Shown: positions 34,807 to 45,124 of the stretch, piece after piece | How the letters are laid out: the number at the start of each line of letters is the position of its first letter | Position numbering within the stretch: position 1 is the stretch's first letter | NCBI GenBank assembly: GCA_963847445.1 | Contig: CAWJZV010000044.1 | Span: forward strand, 1-64,000 | Direction of reading: 5' to 3' | DNA from: an uncultured delta proteobacterium | Lineage (GTDB): Bacteria; Desulfobacterota; Binatia; UBA9968 | DNA: 64,000 nt | The notes under the pieces: generated by a model | Seen by the model: only the letters and a program-made list of their open reading frames with translations | Database searches by the model: none | What the model was told of the DNA's origin: nothing | Program-made: the position numbers and the translations under genes

Positions 34807-35541
34807 TTATGACTCTTCGTCGAGCAACTTGCAGTAGTAGCGCCAGTTGGAGTTGGCATGCACGGATTGGTTGCCGGCGCTGCGCGATTTGCCGACCAAA
34901 ATGTCGATGTCTTCCTGGGGAATCGGCCGCGGCGTGCCGAGCAGGTGAGCTTGATAGTTGATCGTCGCGGCGTCGTTTAACTTGATCGCCGTCAACGTCG
35001 CGTCCGCCACGCCAGGACCGGCGCTGGTGATGCCGTGACCGCGCATGAGGCAGGCCGGCTTGTCACCCATCGCCGCAGCGAACTCTTCGCCGAGTTTCTC
35101 GTTGGAAACCGTAATGCTGCGCGGGTAGGTCGCCAGACCTTCGACGATCAAACGCAAACCCGATGGATCGTAGGCGCCGTACAAGGGCTGGATCGGTTTG
35201 TCGCAAATCGTAAACAGCACGACGGTCAAGGGATGGACGTGCACCACGCTCTCGACATCCCGGCGGCTCTTGTACAGCCAGGTGTGGATGAACACTTCCT
35301 GAGGCACATCGAGGCCGTCGTCGCCGGCGACTTTCTTGCCGTTGAAGTCGACGGTAATGATGTCGCGCGCGGTGACGAAGCGCAGCCCCGACTCTTCCGG
35401 GCCGCGGGCTTTAATCAACACTTTGTCTGCGCCGGGAACCCGCGCGCTGACATGGCCGCTCGGCTCCTTGGTTAAGTTAAGTTTGCCGAGCATGCGGCAG
35501 GATTGCGCCACGAGTTCGCGGAGTTTCGATAGATCGGCCAT
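34807..35541 (-). CDS. Class II aldolase/adducin family protein
   Basis: GHVSAR, EVFIH, VHVH, LMRGHG metal-binding motifs. Confidence 0.9.
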   Translation of the reverse strand: MADLSKLRELVAQSCRMLGKLNLTKEPSGHVSARVPGADKVLIKARGPEESGLRFVTARDIITVDFNGKKVAGDDGLDVPQEVFIHTWLYKSRRDVESVVHVHPLTVVLFTICDKPIQPLYGAYDPSGLRLIVEGLATYPRSITVSNEKLGEEFAAAMGDKPACLMRGHGITSAGPGVADATLTAIKLNDAATINYQAHLLGTPRPIPQEDIDILVGKSRSAGNQSVHANSNWRYYCKLLDEES

Positions 35542-35815
35542 AAAATGTTCCTCTTGCGAAATTTGCCAAGGCATTCTTGGGAAAGCGACCGAATCATATT
35601 CTCGCGCGCCGACTTAGGCAAGCGAATAGACGACCTTGGACGGCTGCATGCGCTGAGCGCATAGCGGTCGCTTCAGCACGTGGATGACCGACAGTGACAG
35701 TCTACGGATGGACAGGGAAATCGAAGGGAGGAATGACGGTTAAACCGAGTAGGTGGAATTGGCAGAAGCGCTCGTCGACTTTACGAGAGGCGCTCAGCGA
35801 ACCGAACTCAACCAG

Positions 35816-35854
35816 AAAAAGGGGCGGTACAACCCTAGTTGTAACCGCCCCCTT
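35816..35854 (-). terminator. Rho-independent terminator after PAKGE gene pair
   Basis: GGGGCGGTACAAC/GTTGTAACCGCCCC hairpin followed by U-tract on minus strand. Confidence 0.75.
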
Positions 35855-35880
35855 GATTCTTGCAGCTTGCTTGGGCAGGA

Positions 35881-36250
35881 CTATTCGCCCTTGGCAGGAG
35901 TGAAGGTCATTTTCGACAGGAAATTCTTCTCACCCTTGGTGACATATTCGACCGTCGCCGACGAACCCAAGCCGACATCGGCCATTTTCGCTTTGGTATC
36001 GACAAGTTCAGTTGCCTTGGTTTTAGCATTGTAGTCTAGAGTCACCAGCTTGCCGTCTTTGGTTACCACGATCATGTAATTTTTTTCGGTATCCAATAAG
36101 CCGATATCGCCGGAAACTTTTTCCGCTTTGGCCTTAGCCGGTTCGGCTTTCTTTTCTCTCGGCTTTCTTCTCCTGCGCCACCACCGGCAACGCTACCGAT
36201 AGCGCGAACATCACGGCCATTGCCCCGATAACTTGCTTGCTTGTTTTCAT
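35881..36250 (-). CDS. Small secreted protein, PAKGE family type B (frameshift near 36155)
   Basis: MKTSKQVIGAMAVMFALSVALPVVAQE signal; GDIGLLDTEKNY...FTPAKGE; AAGGAG RBS. Confidence 0.75.
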
Positions 36251-36297
36251 CTCTATTTCTCCTTACTGGTGCGTATTTTGCTCGGCTGCTCGTGAGG

Positions 36298-36735
36298 CTA
36301 CTCCCCTTTTGCCGGGAGATACTCGACACTTGAAGCGACATTCTTGTCGCCATCCTTGGTGTAAACCACCGTCGCCGCCGATCCTAGGCCGATGTCGGCA
36401 ATCTTAGCAGGCTTCAGTTCACGCTGGGTCGGCTGAAACTTTGCGTCATAATCCACCGTCACCAACTTGCCTTCTTTGGTCACGATAATCAGGTAATTCT
36501 TCTCGGTATCCAGTAACCCGACATCCCCTGCGATCTTGGTGGCCTTCGCCGCTGGCGCTTTCGCTTCTGCTTTCGCCTCAGCTTTGGCTTCGGTCTTTGC
36601 CGGTGCCGCGGGTGCCGGCGCAGCCGGTTTCGGCGCCGGCTTGGGGGCCATCTCTTCTTGCGTCGAACACGCTATAAAACCCAGCGACATCGCTAACAAT
36701 GCCGCCCCACTCACTGATGCCAGATTCTTCATCAT
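36298..36735 (-). CDS. Small lipoprotein, PAKGE family type A
   Basis: Lipobox FIAC, Pro/Ala/Lys/Glu linker, GDVGLLDTEKNY...YLPAKGE. Confidence 0.8.
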   Translation of the reverse strand: MMKNLASVSGAALLAMSLGFIACSTQEEMAPKPAPKPAAPAPAAPAKTEAKAEAKAEAKAPAAKATKIAGDVGLLDTEKNYLIIVTKEGKLVTVDYDAKFQPTQRELKPAKIADIGLGSAATVVYTKDGDKNVASSVEYLPAKGE

Positions 36736-36861
36736 TCCTCCGTGCTGAACTAAAATTACTAATTAAGTGTTCCAATTACTTATCGTGACCGTCGCTATCT
36801 TCTCAATACGCATTAGGTAGGGTTTTTCGAACAGACCCAGAGTTGACGCAACCATGGACAC

Positions 36862-36873
36862 GACTTAAGTCCT
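36862..36873. promoter_or_regulatory. Palindromic candidate operator GACTTAAGTC(CT)
   Basis: Perfect 10-bp palindrome in divergent intergenic region; identical 12-mer at 39809. Confidence 0.5.
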
Positions 36874-36985
36874 AGAAAAACGATTCCAGGCAACGGCGCC
36901 GATTGCACGCAAAATTGGTTGATGTATGCTCCCTCAAGTCTACGAATCCAGTCTTAGATCTTGTGGATAAGAGGCGAGGTTGACG

Positions 36986-37648
36986 ATGACACCGATAAAA
37001 GTCGTAATTGCCGACGATCACCCGCTGTTCCGTGACGGCTTGCGGAAAATTCTTTCGTTAGAAAAAGATATCCTGGTGGTTGGCGAAGCTGCGGACGGCG
37101 ACGAGCTCGCTAAAACGATTGAACGCACTAAGCCCGATATCCTGCTTCTCGATTTAAAAATGCCCAAGGGCGACCCGGTGCAAAACCTTCTCGGCGTCAG
37201 CGTCAAGAGCCCCTCGACTCAAGTGATGGTTCTGACGGCGTTCACTGAAGAAGAAAACGTCTTGAATGCCGCGAAAAGCGGAGCGAGGGGTTTTATTTCG
37301 AAGGGGACGCCATCGGCTACCGTTATCCAGGCGATAAGAGCCGTCCATAACGGCGCATTTTGGGTCGACAATGACGTGCCCGCCAGGGACGCTTTCGAAG
37401 AGATCGTCGGCTCCCGGCCGGTGGAGAGAACGACACTGCCACAACCGGACGAAAGCATCCAGTCTCTGACCAAACGCGAGATGGAGATTCTCAAATTAGT
37501 CGCCGAAGGCCTGACCAACGAAGAGATCGGCAAGAAAATTTTCATCAGCGAAAAGACCGTCAAAACCCACTTGACCAACATCTTCGACAAACTGAAAGTC
37601 AACAACCGCTTCAAGGCGGCGCTCTTGCTGATGGGCCAGAGCCACTAA
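36986..37648 (+). CDS. NarL/LuxR-family response regulator
   Basis: ADDHPLFRDG, LLLDLKMP, LTKREMEIL, ISEKTVKTHLTNIFDKL. Confidence 0.95.
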   Translation: MTPIKVVIADDHPLFRDGLRKILSLEKDILVVGEAADGDELAKTIERTKPDILLLDLKMPKGDPVQNLLGVSVKSPSTQVMVLTAFTEEENVLNAAKSGARGFISKGTPSATVIQAIRAVHNGAFWVDNDVPARDAFEEIVGSRPVERTTLPQPDESIQSLTKREMEILKLVAEGLTNEEIGKKIFISEKTVKTHLTNIFDKLKVNNRFKAALLLMGQSH

Positions 37649-37704
37649 AGTCGACGCATCGGGCGATTTCTCAAGAAACAAACGCTAATACCGCTTGCAG
37701 GCTT

Positions 37705-38907
37705 ATGACCATGGCCACCACCGGTAACACGCCGCTCGAAGAGAGCTGGTTCCTGGAACGGGAGCGCGCTGTGGCGTGGCTGCGGCTAGCTTTCGCCGTG
37801 TTGGCGATCGCCGTCATCCAGCTCAATCCGGAACGGGTCGCGCGCTTTCCCCTGATGTCAGGTCTCGTGCTCGTTTCCTTTCTCATTTACAGCGCCATCG
37901 CGCTGGTTCTTGTCGTGCGAAGAAATTCCGTTTTTTCGAGTTTTGGCTCGGTTGCGACGGCTTTGGATGTCGTCTGGATTGCGCTCATCGTATTTTCCAC
38001 CGGCGGCACCCGAACGCCCTTTTTCTTTTATTACTCGTTTCCAGTCATCACCGCGAGCTTGCGTTGGGGCCTTAAAGGCAGTCTGCCGGTGGCGTTCATC
38101 GGCGTTGCCATTTACGTAAGCATCCGATTGTCCTTAGCCGCCGAATCCATCGACCAACCGATAGGCATCGATACGATCGTGGTTCGCAGTCTTTACTTGA
38201 TCTTTCTGGCTGGGGTGTTTGGCTACATCAGTGAATTCGAGAAGAGGCAGAATCAAAAACTCTTGGCGTTATCGAAGACCGCGGCTAACGTAGCCGTGAT
38301 GCAGGAACGCCGGCGCATCATGTTCGACATCCATGACGGCATCTTACAATCGCTGGCCACCTTGATTCTGCGCCTGGAAAGCACCCGGGGACGGCTACCG
38401 GAGTCGCAGAGCGAAGCGATTCAGGAACTGCAAGCGGCGGAAGAGTTATCTCGCTCGACGATGAAAGACCTCCGCGCATTCCTGGCGGGCAAGACGGATC
38501 GTCCCATCATGTCAGGAACTTTGATCGAACGGCTGCAAGAGGAGCTGCGATTCATCCAAGAAGGGCTCGGTCTGGAAGTGATCTTGGATTGCGAACCGGA
38601 AAATCTCAATCTACCGGCTGAAATCGAGCGAGAGCTCTATTACGTGTTGCGCGAAGGCTTAACCAATATCACCCGTCACTCTCATGCTTCGCGTGTCCAA
38701 TTTCGACTCAACCAATTGGCGAGCGCTATCGAGGTCTCTCTCGAAGATAATGGCGTCGGATTGGACCTGCGGACCGCCGAAAATGGCCGTGGACTGGGAT
38801 TGCGCAGCATGAAGGAGAGAATTGAAAAACTAGGGGGAGAACTTGCTCTCAAGTCCTCCCCCTCAAGCGGGACAAAAATTTCTTTCTCAGTGCCCCTGAC
38901 GACCTGA
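37705..38907 (+). CDS. Membrane sensor histidine kinase (HisKA_3)
   Basis: Multiple N-terminal TM helices; ERRRIMFDIHDGILQ, EGLTNITRH, DNGVG, GLGLRSMKER. Confidence 0.92.
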   Translation: MTMATTGNTPLEESWFLERERAVAWLRLAFAVLAIAVIQLNPERVARFPLMSGLVLVSFLIYSAIALVLVVRRNSVFSSFGSVATALDVVWIALIVFSTGGTRTPFFFYYSFPVITASLRWGLKGSLPVAFIGVAIYVSIRLSLAAESIDQPIGIDTIVVRSLYLIFLAGVFGYISEFEKRQNQKLLALSKTAANVAVMQERRRIMFDIHDGILQSLATLILRLESTRGRLPESQSEAIQELQAAEELSRSTMKDLRAFLAGKTDRPIMSGTLIERLQEELRFIQEGLGLEVILDCEPENLNLPAEIERELYYVLREGLTNITRHSHASRVQFRLNQLASAIEVSLEDNGVGLDLRTAENGRGLGLRSMKERIEKLGGELALKSSPSSGTKISFSVPLTT

Positions 38908-38970
38908 GAAAGAAATTGTCTCAGAATACGCGGCGGTTTGGTGTGACGGGGCTAACCGCGGCCCAGTAAA

Positions 38971-39324
38971 CTACTCGCCCTTAGCCGGCACAAAAATCAT
39001 CTTGGTCAGGAAGTTCTTATCGCCTTTGGTTACATATTCCACCTGAGCGGAGGAACCCAGTCCGACATCGGCCATCTTGGCCTTTGTGTCGACCAGTTGG
39101 GTCGTTTTGGTTTTCGCGTTAATGTCCACTGTGACCAGCTTGCCATCCTTGGTGACCACGATCATGTAATTCTTTTCGGTGTCGAGCAAACCGATATCGC
39201 CGGCTACTTTCTCGGCCTTGGCCTTGGCTGGCTCGGCCTTCTTCTCCTGCGCCGCTGCCGGCAAGGTCAAAGCTAATACCGCAGCCGCCGCTATCCCACC
39301 AAGTAATAAGTTGTTAGGTTTCAT
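38971..39324 (-). CDS. Small secreted protein, PAKGE family type B
   Basis: Signal peptide ending LPAAA-QE; GDIGLLDTEKNY...FVPAKGE. Confidence 0.8.
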   Translation of the reverse strand: MKPNNLLLGGIAAAAVLALTLPAAAQEKKAEPAKAKAEKVAGDIGLLDTEKNYMIVVTKDGKLVTVDINAKTKTTQLVDTKAKMADVGLGSSAQVEYVTKGDKNFLTKMIFVPAKGE

Positions 39325-39374
39325 CCTTTGTCTCCTTCTAATGCATATCCTAGCGTGAAGATTCGTCCAGCGCT

Positions 39375-39788
39375 CTATTCGCCCTTTGCCGGCAGATACT
39401 CGACGTTGGTGGCGATGTTCTTATCTCCCTGTTTGGTGTACGTCACCGTCGCCGAGGAACCAAGACCGATATCCGCCACCTTAGACGGTTTTGGCGTCCT
39501 CATCGTCGGCTGAAACTTAGGATCATAATCCACCGTCACCAGCTTGCCGTCTTTGGTGACGACAATCAGATAGTTTTTTTCGGTATCCAACAAACCGATA
39601 TCGCCGGCAATCTTAGTCGCTTTGGCCGCCGGTGCTTTCGCCTCCGCTTTTGCTTCGGCCTTCGCTGCCGGCGCCGCCGGCTTAGGCGCCGGCTTGGCGA
39701 CCATCTCTTCCTGCGACGAGCAAGCGTTGATCCCGAAAGCGAGTGCGACTACCGCGGCGGTATTCGTGATCGATAAATAATTCTTCAT
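39375..39788 (-). CDS. Small lipoprotein, PAKGE family type A
   Basis: Lipobox INAC, PAAK-rich linker, ...YLPAKGE; GGAGG RBS. Confidence 0.8.
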   Translation of the reverse strand: MKNYLSITNTAAVVALAFGINACSSQEEMVAKPAPKPAAPAAKAEAKAEAKAPAAKATKIAGDIGLLDTEKNYLIVVTKDGKLVTVDYDPKFQPTMRTPKPSKVADIGLGSSATVTYTKQGDKNIATNVEYLPAKGE

Positions 39789-39808
39789 TGATGCCTCCCA
39801 GTTATTAA

Positions 39809-39833
39809 GACTTAAGTCCTGTATCTAAGTCAT
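39809..39833. promoter_or_regulatory. Palindromic candidate operator GACTTAAGTCCT plus partial second site
   Basis: Just upstream of the RBS of 39788; followed by GTATCTAAGTC. Confidence 0.5.
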
Positions 39834-39954
39834 TCGTCGTATACTTTACGAAGCGTCGCCTTGTCAAGCAGATAAACAAGGATTTTTCCAAACCAGTGAT
39901 AGATTCTCACCGCGCGCCGCATAGCGGCGCTGACATCGCATGCCGAGCGACTAT

Positions 39955-40546
39955 TTATGACGATGCGCGCGGACGGATCTCAACGAAACGAGCGCGACGG
40001 TTGTTGAGATGACAAGCTTCCGTTGACTCGCGGCACGAGGGCAGCTCTTCACCGTAGCTGGTAGTCTTGATGCGCGCCGGATTGACACCCAAGGCTTACC
40101 AGGTAGTCCATCGCCGCCCGCGCCCGCTTGGCGCCCAGGGCGAGGTTATATTCCGTCGTGCCGCGCTCGTCGCAGTGACCCTCGATCTCGACCATGCTGC
40201 TCGGGTTGGCCTTTAGCCACGCTGCGTTGGCCCCTAAAACCGTTCGAGCATCCGCAGTCAGATTGAAACTGTCGAAATTGAAATAGATCGTTTTCATCGG
40301 TCCATCCGCGGCCGCTTTGCCCTGGCGCAGTGCATCCAAGCTCGAACCCGACGACGACGGGTTCGACGAGACCACAGGCTTCTCGGCAGGCGCGCGTCCG
40401 GTGGATGGTGCAGCAACCGCGCCGGATGGCCGAGATATCGCCTCCGGCTTCTTGGCGGTCTCAGTTGCGCAACCGGCGACCGCCACAACGCTTGCAACGA
40501 CCAACCCAAGCCAATACTTTGTCACAAACAAATCGATTGGTTTCAT
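39955..40546 (-). CDS. pal: Peptidoglycan-associated lipoprotein Pal/OmpA-like (frameshift near 40085)
   Basis: Lipobox VAGC; IYFNFDS, IEGHCDERGTTEYNLALG.KRA; SYGEE...NRRA in shifted frame. Confidence 0.85.
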
Positions 40547-40772
40547 CCTGCTCTACCTCCTCAAATGGATTGCCTATACGGAGCGCGAAACAGCTCGACA
40601 AAGTTTCCCCTCTTGAATAAATCTTACAGCTGCAACAACTCAGACGCCTGTTGTGCTGAATCTGACATGCTCGACCGGGAATACCTCTGCCAACAGAGCA
40701 CCGATCACAGAGTAACTTGGGCGGGTGACGCATAAACCGTGGACAATTATCCGGCCACAGTCCGCCGAAACT

Positions 40773-40805
40773 AAAAGGGGGAAGCCATTGCTGACTCCCC
40801 CTTTT
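40773..40805. terminator. Hairpin terminator after porin
   Basis: AAAAGGGGG...CCCCCTTTT. Confidence 0.65.
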
Positions 40806-40831
40806 GGTTGCTTCGTCTGTAAGCTCCGCGC

Positions 40832-42341
40832 TTAGAACTGGTAGCGCCAGTTCAAGAACCACTCGATCCAGTCGCCGCCTTTGCCGTTGCGGCAGCCGGC
40901 AGGAGCATTCGTACACACGTCAAGATTATGCGCCGATTGGTTCCTGGCATTTTGCAGGTTCGAGGCGTCGGTCCACAGGATGTTGACACCCATGCTCATC
41001 CGCGGCGCGATGAAGTACCACAGATCCCACTCGTTGAGCCTGATCGCGGTGCGGTGAAAGTCGCCGCTGTTGAGCGTCGCCGGGCAGGGTATGCCCGTGT
41101 TGCCATTACAACCCACCGACATGTCGGTGCGCTCAAAGTGGTAGCCGACCAGGATCGATCCGGCTGTCGTCGACGACCCGGTCAACCAGCCCTTGGGACT
41201 CCACAGAAACAGATCGTGACCGATCAGGAATACCCGGGCTTTCTTTTGGCCTCTGCCATTCGCTACGTTGCCGGCGATGCCGGTGCCGCGATCCTCGGAT
41301 CTTTGAAAATTCATCATCGTCCGCAAGGTGTACGGACCGACGTTCCACACCATGCCGGGACCCGTTTGGATATGTCAGGCCGTCGCCAATCGAGTTGGCG
41401 CCGGTGTCGAATAACGTCTGTCCGGCCGCCACGGGCGTTAGTCTGAATGCGGTACCGGTTGCAACCATTCGACACTGCGCGGTTATCCGCGTTACAGAAC
41501 CACGCGCCACACTCGAACGGTCAAGCCGCTGATCCATTTGTTCTTCACCTGCGAGAACGGCTGGATGTTGCCGTAGGCATGGAAGTCTTTACGGTCGGTG
41601 TTGATCTGCGCGCCGTCGCCGCCTTCGCCGTAGGCGTTCATGCCGACTTGAAACCGGGCGATGCGGCCGGGGATGCCGATGCCGTTCAGCGCTTTGTCCT
41701 CCCAGGTAAGGGTAATGCCGGAACCCGCGCTACCGGTGTTGAACCCTAAATTCTGTGACATCATGTCGTACTCTGCCTGCGCGCCCGTGCCACCCGAGCC
41801 CTGGCGGGACAAACTGGTGCGGACCCGAGTTGGTCGTGTCCATGCCGAACCCAATCTGCGGCAGCCAGGGGTTGATATTTTCGGCATGAAAGTAAATCAT
41901 ACCGCGCTGTAACATCTGTGTTGCCGCCAAAACCGTCAAGGTCGAGACGCCAGTCGATTTCCCATAGGCAGTTGTTGACGCACAGATAAAACTCCGGCCG
42001 GAAGCGCCGCCCTTCCAACTCGCCCTGCTGCGGCCGACCTGGTCGCGGCCCTGAAGAAAATTGTAGCGCATATGCGCTTCGAACGAATGACGAAACGACC
42101 AGGACTTGTCGGCCGCTTCGATCATCATGCCATTGCCGGGACGATACGAAAACGAGGGCATCGCCGCCGCCGCCGCCGTCGCCTCTTTCTTCAACTCGAT
42201 CTGCGATTCTTTTAGCTGCTGGAGTTCCTGCTCAAGCGCGCTGATCTTGTCACTGACGCTCTGCGCTTGAACCGTTCCCGCCGCTAGAAGGAAAGCAGCT
42301 AGCAGACTCGCTAACCACATACTCTTCTTCTGCATACCCAT
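40832..42341 (-). CDS. Outer-membrane beta-barrel porin (OprO/P-like architecture), several frameshifts
   Basis: Signal peptide, coiled coil LEQELQQLK, amphipathic beta-strands, terminal WRYQF. Confidence 0.7.
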
Positions 42342-42672
42342 TGCCTCCTTTTGCCTCCCTGAAATTTGCTACTTACTTAGTCCTACTTCCGGCATTTTTT
42401 AGCCCAACCTGCCAATTCTGTCAAGCTAAAAGTCGTATTCAAGAAAAAAATCCTGAGTAATTAGTCGACCATTTGTACGCGTTTTGGCCGTAATAATCTA
42501 AATTACCCAGCTACGTCACGCCAAAAGTAGTAAGACTCTATGGCCTAAGACTTAGCCTCGATCCGACGCCAAGCTATGGAATCGCCAAAGGTTTCTGGAA
42601 ATCTGTGGCTCTCACAGCCAAACCGACGATTGTTGTGAAGTAGCGCGGCCTTCGCTAGACTCTGCGCCTAAC

Positions 42673-43434
<762 letters not shown>

Positions 43435-43528
43435 GGTCTACAAAAGATTATCTCCCGCCAAGCATGTCCTGAGCGACGTCGAAGGGGCGCAAAGACGCCA
43501 AGTTCGATTTAGATGTCACTTCGACCGA

Positions 43529-43661
43529 CAGACTGTGTGAAAGCCCCGTTCATCGTTCGACTGGAACCACCACGAACGGTTGTAAGACATTACAGATCGA
43601 GTATTTAGCCGTTCGCCCTGAGCTTCGTCGAAGGGCTTCTAAAGAGTTTTCACTCAGTCTG
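43529..43661. mobile_element. MITE-like element with 14-bp TIRs and 4-bp target duplication (CCGA)
   Basis: CAGACTGTGTGAAA...TTTCACTCAGTCTG flanked by CCGA at 43525-43528 and 43662-43665. Confidence 0.7.
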
Positions 43662-43777
43662 CCGAAGGGAGAAATCTTTCGTGAACCCCTCCCTTCGTCG
43701 GAATGACAGGCCGATGCCCGTCACCTTGGAGCCTTGGCGCCCTTGCGGGAGATATTCCGAGTTCCCATTCCGGAGCT

Positions 43778-44972
43778 CTAAAACAGTGCGCGTTTGCGCG
43801 GCGGATCGAAGAACGGCAGCTTGACCACGGTGGCGCTGGCGCTTTTTTGCCGGTGATCCACCGTCACGTCAATATCGAGCTCCGTGCCGACCGGCACGCA
43901 TTTCTGTTCGACGGTCGCCAAGGCGATATATTTTTTTAGCGCCGGAGACCAGGCTCCGGTGGTCGCGTAACCGACTTGGCGGTCGTCTTTGCGCAGCGGC
44001 ACGCTGCCGCGCCAGGCCACCAACGGGTATTGCGGCGCCAGACCGGCTTGTTGATAGAGATATTCATAGTCGAGCAGGCTGATCTCCAAGCCGACAACCT
44101 GCCGCTCCGGCCCCCGCGGGTCGCATTGCCGCAGCGCTTTGGCGCCGACGAAATGATCCTTGCGCAAGTCCACCGTCCAGCCCAGACCGATCTCGAAGGG
44201 CGAATAACGCTGCGACTCGATCACCGCCTTTTCGGCGCCGATATAGTCGACTTCGAGGAGGATAAATCCCGCCTCCAGCCGCGCGACATCGAGCGCCAGT
44301 ATGCCGGTGGGTTTGATGCCGTAATCACCGCCCTGCTCGATCAAGACATCCCAGATCTTGAGCGCATGCTCGGCGCCGAACCATAGTTCGTAGCCCAGAT
44401 CACCGGTGTAACCGGTGCGCGATACGATCACCGGGACATCGAGAATCTTGCCCGGGGTGAGGCGAAAGAATTTGAGCTGGGTTAAGTCGACGTCGACGAT
44501 GGTCTGAAGAATCTTCAAGGCATGGGGCCCTTGCAATGCGAGGGCGGCAATCTGCTCCGAGACTTCCTGAATTGAAACTTCCATGCCGCGGGCGTTGAGC
44601 GATGAGCCAGCGCAGGCTCGGATCGGCAAGGTGAAAACGGAAATAGTCCGCGCCCAGGCGAAACACCGTGCCGTCCTGAATCACCGCGCCGTCGTCTTCG
44701 CACAGACAGCCGTACAGCGCCTGGCCGACGGCGCATTTCGCCGCGTCGCGGGTGATCACGCGGTTGACCAGCTTGAGCGCGTCCCTGCCGCGCACGTCGT
44801 ATTTGTACAGCGGCGAGACATCGATCAGCGCCGCGCTATTGCGGATCGCGTGATACTCATAGTCATGCATCACGTCGTAGGAGCTGGCGACAAAGTAGCC
44901 CGACCAGGTGCGCCAATTGTGACTAGCGCAGAGCGCCGCGGTGCGCGGGTGAAAGGGAGTTCCGATGGGCAT
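43778..44972 (-). CDS. GcvT-family aminomethyltransferase-like folate-binding protein (frameshift near 44600)
   Basis: LIDVSPLYK, LALQGP, SRTGYTGDLGYELW, ARLEAG, LPFFDP. Confidence 0.88.
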
Positions 44973-45124
44973 GGCAGCTAGACAGAGTCTTGAGATAGAG
45001 ACCGCCCAACCTCCCAACTCAAAATATTCGCCTTCATTCCGTCTCTATCTCGCATCTCTGTCTGCGTTGCTGATTGACTTGCTGGTCGAAATTACCAAAT
45101 ATGCCCTATTAAGCAAATCACAAC

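Noticed and set aside
35881-39788. PAKGE ends as Pup/UBact-like conjugation tags
   Set aside because: Pup/UBact are cytoplasmic, disordered and linked to ligase/proteasome genes. These proteins have export signals and a beta-rich core, and no such genes are present.
35881-39788. The two PAKGE pairs as an assembly duplication
   Set aside because: Signal peptides, linkers, intergenic DNA and many codons differ substantially, so they are real paralogs.
40550-40770. Possible structured RNA leader upstream of pal
   Set aside because: Small hairpins only; I could not match any riboswitch consensus by eye.
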